From the IMG/VR virus record IMGVR_UViG_3300012952_000110, positions 1 through 26,650 of that record: a stretch of DNA of 26,650 bases; one strand, written 5' to 3'. The notes below the pieces were generated by a model. That model worked only from the letters and a program-made list of their open reading frames with translations. It did no database searches and was not told the origin of the DNA. The stretch is from a virus (taxonomy: Duplodnaviria > Caudoviricetes). The translations under genes were made by a program, and so were the position numbers. Positions 8,101 to 17,100 of this stretch are shown in pieces (the first letter of the stretch is position 1; the number at the start of each line of letters is the position of its first letter).

Positions 8101-11100
8101 CGGAACTATCGCGTCTGGACTTTCTGCAGACACTGAATATTATGTGACTGTAGTTGATAAAGACTCCTTTAAACTTTCCTCTGTTGGTTTATCTTCTGAT
8201 AGAGAATTTTACTATAGAACAAAGCAATATGTTGACATAACTTCTGTTGGTGTCGGCACTCACATTTTTAATTATCCTGCGATAACAGCTACTCTTGTTG
8301 GTGAAGTTGGAATATCTTCTATTGGCAATCAAACGTTTAAAGCAGATATAGAACCAATCTTTAGAGGACAGGTAACATCAGTTCATTTGGAAAATGGTGG
8401 AGTTGGATATGGATCATCTGAAATTATCAATTTAGATTTCCAACCTCAGGTTACTATTGAATCTGGTATTGATGCACAATTAACCCCAATTGTTAATAAT
8501 GGTAGGATTGTAAACGTTATTGTTCAAAATTCTGGTTCTAGATATATTTCAGTTCCAGACTTGGATGTAAACGGGGACGGTGTAGGTGCTGTTTTAGTTC
8601 CTGTTATTGAAAATGGGTCTATAACATCGGTGACTGTCGTAGAACCTGGAGGTGGATATGATCAATCCTCAACTACGATTGATGTCATAAATGCAGGATC
8701 AACTCTTAACGTACCTAAGTTCAGAGCAAATCTTCAGAATTGGAGGGTTAATCTTTTTGAAAAAAATCTTCCGTATTTTGCTGCGGATGATGGATCAGTA
8801 ATTGATTCTGAAAATCAAGAAAACTTACAGTATGTTCATCTTTATGCGCCAAGAAAACTTAGAGAAAATACATTTTCAATTGCCCAATCTGGTGCGACTG
8901 CATTTGGCGAATCTGATCTAAAACGACAGAATGGGGCTGAAGTTCCATCAACAAAACACTCGCCTATTTTGGGATTTGCATATGATGGAAATCCAATTTA
9001 TGGCCCATATGCATATAGGACTAAGAGTGGCGGAGTCGTAACTCAGATGAAGTCTGGGTATACTTTGAATCTCAAAGCAAATAGACCTTCTACATCAATT
9101 TTCCCTGAGGGATTTTTTGTAGAGGACTATAGTCATACTAATTCAACTGACGAAAGTGTTCTTGACCAAAACAACGGTAGATTCTGCATAACTCCAGATT
9201 ATCCAGAGGGAACTTATGCATATTTTATGACCGTTGATGAAAAAGATGTATCTACCTCAGGAATATTTAAAAACTACAAAGCTCCAAAATTCCCATATAT
9301 TATCGGAGACAATTATCACTCTATTCCAGATAATTTTAATTTCTCTTTAAGTTCATCTGCAGATTCTTTTGAAAACTTGCAAAATGAGTATAGAAGAAAC
9401 ACTCATCCATATAACTTGATTGAGGATGATTCTGAATATCCATATATCTACATTCCAAATAAGTTATCCCAAACATCTGAGATAACCGCTTCTTCTAGAG
9501 GAACTATTTCCTCTGTTGGAATTATTACTGGTGGAACTGAGTATCGGATGAACGAAACTCTGGTATTTAATAATACTGGAACAGGTGGTGATGGTGTTTT
9601 TGCAAAAGTTTCAAGACTTCAAGGTAAATCTGTCACTAGCGTGAGTGTCGCTACTAGTTCGATAGAAGGATTAGAGATTTATCCTGGTGAATCTAAGGGA
9701 GAATATATTTTATATGCGGATAATCCACATAATTTCAAAAACTTTGATGTTGTAACGATATCTGGACTTTCTACAACGTCATCTAAAATTGAAGGATCTT
9801 ATTCTGTTGGAATTCAATCAAATAGACTTGCGTTTGCTGGTGTTGGAACTACTGGTGTTGCTATAGGAGCCACATCCGTAACTGGCATAGTTACCTTCTT
9901 TAAAGTCACTGGAGACTTGTCTCCATTCAAGATTAGAGAAAATGACATCTTGATGACTGGCGATGAAAAACTAAAAGTACTGAATGTAGATAAAACCAAC
10001 TCTAGAATAAGAGTTCTTAGAGAGGCAGAAGGAACTACAGGTTCCTCTCATACTATTGGTAAGTTTATCTACGAAGTTCCTAGAAAATTCACAGTTAATA
10101 GTGGATTCAAAACTGATTATTCATACAGACAAAATGAACAAATTTACTTTAACCCAGTAAACGTTGTTGGACTTGGAACAACTGCTGGAGTTGGGATTGG
10201 AACCACAATTACATTTGTAAATCCTGGTGTTGGAGCCACTCAAAAATTCATCCAGACAAAAGCACTTTATATTAGAAATCACAATTTCCAAACTGGAGAT
10301 CAGGTAACGTATTCTCCTGGAACCAGTGGAAGTGGTATCATCGTACAAGATGAAACAAATGTTGGAGTAGGAACTACTCTTGCAGATGGTCAGTCACTCT
10401 TTGTTGCTAAAATTAATGACGATCTGATTGGAATTGCAACCATAAGAGTTGGTCTTGGATCTACTGGAACTTTTGTTGGTCTTGCTAATACAATATCGAC
10501 TACACTATTCTTTAGAAGTGTTGGCACTGGAGACACTCATAGTTTCACCACAAATCACACAGTTCTGACTGGTAATGTTGATAGAAACTTGGTCACTGTG
10601 GCTACTGCATCAACACATGGATTAAGTGAACCCCACAATATTACATTAAACGTAAATCCAAAGAATACTAAGTCAATCACATTTAAATATGATGATTACA
10701 ACAGAAGAGTCCTAGTCGATCCTATCGATTTTACAAATTCTGAAGTTAGCACCACAAATAGTGAAATAACTTTAACGTCTCATGGACTTAAGAGTGGTGA
10801 TAAAGTCTTACATACTGCAACGGTTCCTTCTGTAGGATTGTCCAGTGATAAACTTTATTATGTAAATCGTGTTGATCAAAATACAATCAAACTTTCAGAC
10901 ACTTACTTCGATTCAACTCAGGAGAAACCAGTTGTAGTCGATATTACTAGTGCTTCCTCTGGAACCATATCTCCAATTAATCCTCCAATCAAACTGTACA
11001 AGGATTCTACGGTAACATTTGATTTATCTGATTCATCTCTCGGATTCGTTGTACAAGGCAAATCTTATCCTGCCTTTGAATTGAATTTCTATAGAGATAA

Positions 11101-14100
11101 AGATTTTAAAGTAGTTTGGGAAAAATCAGATAGCAGTAAAGTCTTTGAAGTTGTTAGATCTGGCACAGTTGGATCCTCTGGCGCAAAAGTTACTCTTGAA
11201 GTTAATAGCGATACACCAGAGTTTTTATATTACAAACTTGATTTAATTGACGCAAATCCTGATGTAGATACTCCCGAAGTAAAGCAACAAATAGTTGTGG
11301 ATACTGAGGTTGTAAACTCAAGTCAACTAGAAATCAAAGAAAGTGGTTATCAAGGAACTCATAAAATTGCCACACCTTCAACAACATCATTTACTTATAC
11401 TATAAAGAATGTTCCAGAGACATCTTCATATACCACTGCAGCTGGTGCTTTAATTGATTATACAACTGATTGCACCCATACATATGGTCCAATTGCAAAA
11501 GTTGATGTTACTGGTGTTGGTAGAAACTATGAAACTCTCCCTGGAATCACAACTGTAGATAGTGTTTCTGGAAGGGGTGCCATTTTAGAGGCAGAGAGCT
11601 CTAATATTGGAAAGGCACTTGGCACTAGAATTAAAGATATTGGATATACTTATCCATCTGATCCAACATTATCACCATCTTTAATATATCCACAGATAGT
11701 AAAGATAGAACCTTTAGCTGTTTTTGATTCTATTGGCGTAACATCCTTTGGAAAAGGATTTTCTATTCCACCAAAACTAGTTGTTCTTGATGGTAGAACT
11801 GAAAAACTAGTTTCTGATGTTGATCTAAAAGTAACACCTGGATCTCCAACTGTAGAGATCTTGAAGAATACCAAGGGAATTAATAATGTAGAACCAACAT
11901 TAATTCCAACTCAAACTGGTGCTGGAGTCGGTATTGGAACTATTTCATACGACTCCTCTACCGAAAATGTAACTGTTGAACTTGCTGTTGGATTTAGTAC
12001 AGTAAATTCATTCCCATTTGCAGTTGGTGATAAAGTTCTGATTGAAAATATCAGTGTTGGTGTTGGATCAACTGGAAAAGGATTTAACTCAGAAAATTAT
12101 GATTATAAGTTGTTTGAACTGACTGCTGTTAATGAGAGACTGGGTGGTATTGGTATTGTTACTTATAGTATGTCTGGACTTTTAGAGTCTAATGAAATAG
12201 TCGGAGTTTTTGATGATATTAATTCTTCGGGAAGAATTATCGCTAAGAAGAGTTTCCCAATATTTGAACCACAGTTAACCACAAGAGAATATTTCAAAGG
12301 AGAAGTTGTAACTTCGGATTCGGCCACAGGAATAGTTGGTTCGTGGAATTCAAGTTCGGATACATTACTAATTTCTTCTAGCGATAAGTTTGTCGTTGGT
12401 GAAAAAATTATAGGCGGATCATCCGACGCTCACGGTGTAGCTTCATCAATTACATCTTATGAAAACTATTATAATCTAGACTCCTCATCTAAGGTAATAA
12501 AAGGATGGGATAATGACTCTGGAGAACTTAACTTTGAACTTCAAAGAATGCCTGATAATTTCTATTATCAGAACTTCTCATATTCACTGAAATCATCCGT
12601 ACCATTTGAGACTTGGAATGAACCAGTTTCTTCTCTTAATCATACTTTAGGATTTAAGAAATTCTCTGATTATCAGTTAGAAACAACAAACTCTAACAGT
12701 ATGACTGTTGGACTGTCTACTGCTCTGACAAGATTCTCTGTTGTTAATGATCTTCAGGGATTTGCTAGTGTTAATTGTTTCTATGATTTTGACCTTGCAA
12801 CAGAAAACAATTTGAACCTCAATTCAAAAGTTGTTTCTGATGAAATAGTATTTGCCAATAGAATTCTAACCGATTATTTTGAATCAGTTGGAAACAGAGT
12901 TCTGTCTATTGACGATCTTAGCGGTCAGTTCAACAGCAATCCAAGACCTACAGCTTTCAGTGTCGTAGATACATTTACCCTTGCTGATGTGAGATTCCAG
13001 AAATATATCACTTATGTAAGAGATAAGAGATATACAGCACAAAGACAACTCATGTTAGTTGATGTTGTACATGATGATGCACAAGGATATCTTAATCAGT
13101 ACGCAAGAGTTGAGACTCAATATGATCAAGGTTCTTTTGAATTTGGTATATCTGGATCTGATGGACAACTTCTCTTCTATCCAACACGGTCTTCTGTTAA
13201 TGACTACAACGTCATTACTCTGTCATATGATATTGACAGTGAGGTTTTAGGAACTGGAAACACAAGTTTTGGTGGAGTTGTCACTGTCAACACTGGTAGT
13301 GTTGAAGTTGAGTCTGGAGTAACAAAAACTATTGTTTCTATCGCTGCTACACATTCTAGTTTGAAAGTTCTTGTCAATATCAATCCAGATATTGGATCAA
13401 ATACAGAATTTGAGGCTGTTGAACTTAATATTACTAATAACGGTAGTGATGTTGCAATCACTGAATATGGAAGACTCACTACAAATATTGGTGGCGCATC
13501 TGCTATAGGTCTTGGAACCTATCATGCATATGTTGATGGCGCAAATCTTAAGGTTGATTTTATTCCAACTGCAACTGGTATAGGAACCACTGGTGCGATT
13601 AATACTGTACAAGTTGGTCTTGCAACTGATTCAATCACCGGAATTGGAACTCTTGACTTGAGACATGCTCAACTTGAAGGAAGAACGACAAGTATTTCTG
13701 CATCTGGTTCTCCAGGAATCACAACTATTTCAGAATACGTTGATTTATATGATGGAGCATACTTCTTAGTTCAGGTTGCAGATACAACTAATAATGAAAC
13801 ACAACTTTCTGAACTCGTCATCGTTGATGACTACGTTGACGGAACAGGAAGCTATGACGTTGATATGACTGAATATGGAAACGTTGAAACTTCTTCTGGA
13901 CTGGGGACATTTGGTGCAAGAGTTTCTACCGCAGGAACTGTATCGTTGGTATTCACTCCAAATGCAAGCATAGACGCAGTGGTTAATGTGTTTAAGAATG
14001 CACTGTCTATTGATGATGATGCAACTTTGCCATCAACAGTTGCGTTTACAAATTCATCAATTACAACAAAAATTGGCGAATATACAGGAACCGACAGTGA

Positions 14101-17100
14101 TATTAAGAGAGAGTTCATGCTTGAGCATGAAAATAAACAAATCTTTGAAAGATATTTTGAAGGTAACAGCAGCTCTGTCGTTGATATTAGTGCAAATACT
14201 ATTAAGATTCCAGATCACTTCTTTGTAAGTGGAGAGAAACTGAGGTATGTTCATGTTGGAACTGCATCATCTGCAGTTGGAATTGCTACAACTACTTTTG
14301 TTGGTGCGGCAAACACTACTTTCCTGCCAGGAGAAAATCTCTTTGCAGTCAAGATTGATGATAATACTATCAAGATTGCATCTAGTGCAGAGAATGCACT
14401 GAAATCCATTCCACAAGTTGTTCAATTAGAAAGTGTCGGTATTGGTACATCGCATAGATTTATCTCTACAAATCAAAATGCTAAGGTGATCGTTGCTATC
14501 GATAATGTAATTCAATCACCAGTTGTATCTACTGCTGTAACATCGCATCTGGCAAATCAGATGTTGGATACTGATAATATACTGACATTCAGCGGAATAA
14601 CATCATTCTTCGGATCTGATCTAATTCAGATCGGTGATGAGATCATGAAGATCGAAGGTGTTGGTATTGGAAGTACAAACTTTATAAGAGTTCGTAGAGA
14701 ATGGTTGGGAACTAAGGTTGGAACTGCAGGAACTGGAGATCTAATTACAAAGGTTGATGGTAATTATAATATTGTAGACAATCATCTTAACTTTGTTGAA
14801 GCTCCATTTGGAAATACTCCAATCGGATCTACTACAAATCCACCAGACGAAAGAGATTGGACTGGTATCACAACCTCATCTAGTTTCCAGGGAAGATCTT
14901 TCATGAGATCGGGTATTGAAAACACATCAAATGAGTCTTATTACAAGAATTATATCTTTGACAATATTTCAAATCAATTTAATGCAACTGAAAATGAATT
15001 CACTCTGAAGCAAAATGCCTCGGACGTTCCTGGCATCTCTACGGAAAATGCAATCATTCTTGTTAATGATGTATTCCAAACTCCAGGACTTCTGAATCAG
15101 TATACTTTAGATGAAGTAGCCGGAATCACCACGATTACATTCCAAGGAACAGAAACAACTCCTCTCGGATCTGATGTTGGAATTTCCAGTTATCCTAAGG
15201 GTGGAATTATCGTTTCTGTTGCTTCTGCTGAAGGTCTTGGATATCAAGCTCTTGTCTCTGCTGGCGGAACTGCAGTAGTATCTGCAGCAGGAACTGTTTC
15301 TTCCGTTGGGGTTGCCAATACTGGTACTGGATATAGAGGAAGAAACCGTTATGAAATTTTAACTGATACGTCTAACCCTGTTGGAGTTGGATCTACTGAA
15401 ATTTATTTGGAAAACTCAAACAGTGTTTATGATATCATTAGTTTGTTGAACACTGGCAATAACGTTACGATTGGCGTTGGAACATTCTTGAAGTCAAATG
15501 TAACTGTTGTTTCTACTGCATCTACTTTCGTTAGAATTGGTGTTGGTTCTACGAGTGCTCTTGAAATTCCAACTGGAACTCAAGTCAGTATCGGTATTAC
15601 AAATCCAACTCTCGGATACGTAAATGTAAGTGTAGCAAATAGTGGATCTGGCATAACCACTCATCATGTTGGTTTTGCAACTATCATGACGGGAACTGGT
15701 AACATATCCACAGATGTGTCGATTACAGATTCTTCAGTATTCTATGCATCAAGAGATATCTCAAATGTTGGATATTCATCAATAACTGGTCTGACAACAG
15801 TTACTACATCTAGCGCACACGGGTTGTCTTTTGATGATACCGTTATTGTTTCTGGAATAGCATTTACGTGTGATTATAGTGGCGCAGGACCAGTTAATGT
15901 CACTAATGCTGTTTATAATAATGTAAGTGGCATTATGACCGTAACCACATCAGCTGCTCATAACCTCTCTACTACTGGAGAAAAGAGTGATGTTCTTCTG
16001 ACCGGTCTTGGATTCACTTGCGGACTTGATAATGGAGGATCTACTCATACCTATCCAAGAACAACCGATCCTGTTTATTGTGGTACTAAAGTAACTGCGG
16101 TTAATAGTTCCACTGAATTTGAAGTTAATGCTGGCGTTTCTACAGTCCCAACATTCTTCCAAAGTGGAGGAACTGCTCAACCTGTCCTTATTGCACCAAG
16201 AGCTAACAATAACTCTGCAAGTAAATCTGATCCAGCAGTAAGCGGAACAAATGTTCTTAGAGTTATTGACACTACAACCTTTGAAATAAACACCGGCATC
16301 TCAACCAGAAAACATTTCTATGCAAGATGCGGTAAAGTTAATAAACCACTTGATATTGTAATCGAGGATCCACTAAGTTATTCCAACATTCCTTTGGAAT
16401 ATAGTTCCTCTTCTGCTGGACTTGGAACTCATGCAACGATAGATGTTGTAGTTGGTCAAGGATCTAGTGTAATTGACTTTGAACTTAGAAATAATGGATA
16501 TGGATATGGCAACGGCGATATCTTGACTGTACCTATTGGCGGACTGACAGGTATTCCAACAACATCATCCTTTAGTGAATTTACGTTAACTGTTGACAAG
16601 GCTCTCTTTGATAAATTTGCTGGATGGTCTCTTGGAACTCTTCAAGTTCTTGATAATGTTGAAAGATTTATTGATGGTACAAGAAAAGACTTCCCACTCA
16701 CTTTAGCGGGATCTGTAGTTTCTATCGTCGCTGCAAAAGGATCGAATATTAATGTTCAAGATGTACTTCTTATCTTTGTTAATAATACACTTCAGGTTCC
16801 AGGAGAAGGATATACGTTTACTGGTGGAAGCACACTGAACTTTACTGAGGCACCTAAACTTGGAGATATCCTCGAAATTGTATTCTACAAAGGCAGTGGT
16901 GACACTGACGTTATCTTCAGAAACATTATTGAAACAGTGAAAAAAGGTGACTCCTTGCAACTCAAGAATGATCCTTCTAGAAGTCAAGCTTCTTCTCTTA
17001 TCGAAGATGAAAGAATCGTCGATAATATTAAATCCACAAGCACTGTTTCCACAAATCCATACTTTGGACCAGGAAACACAAATGATATTACTTTAGATAG

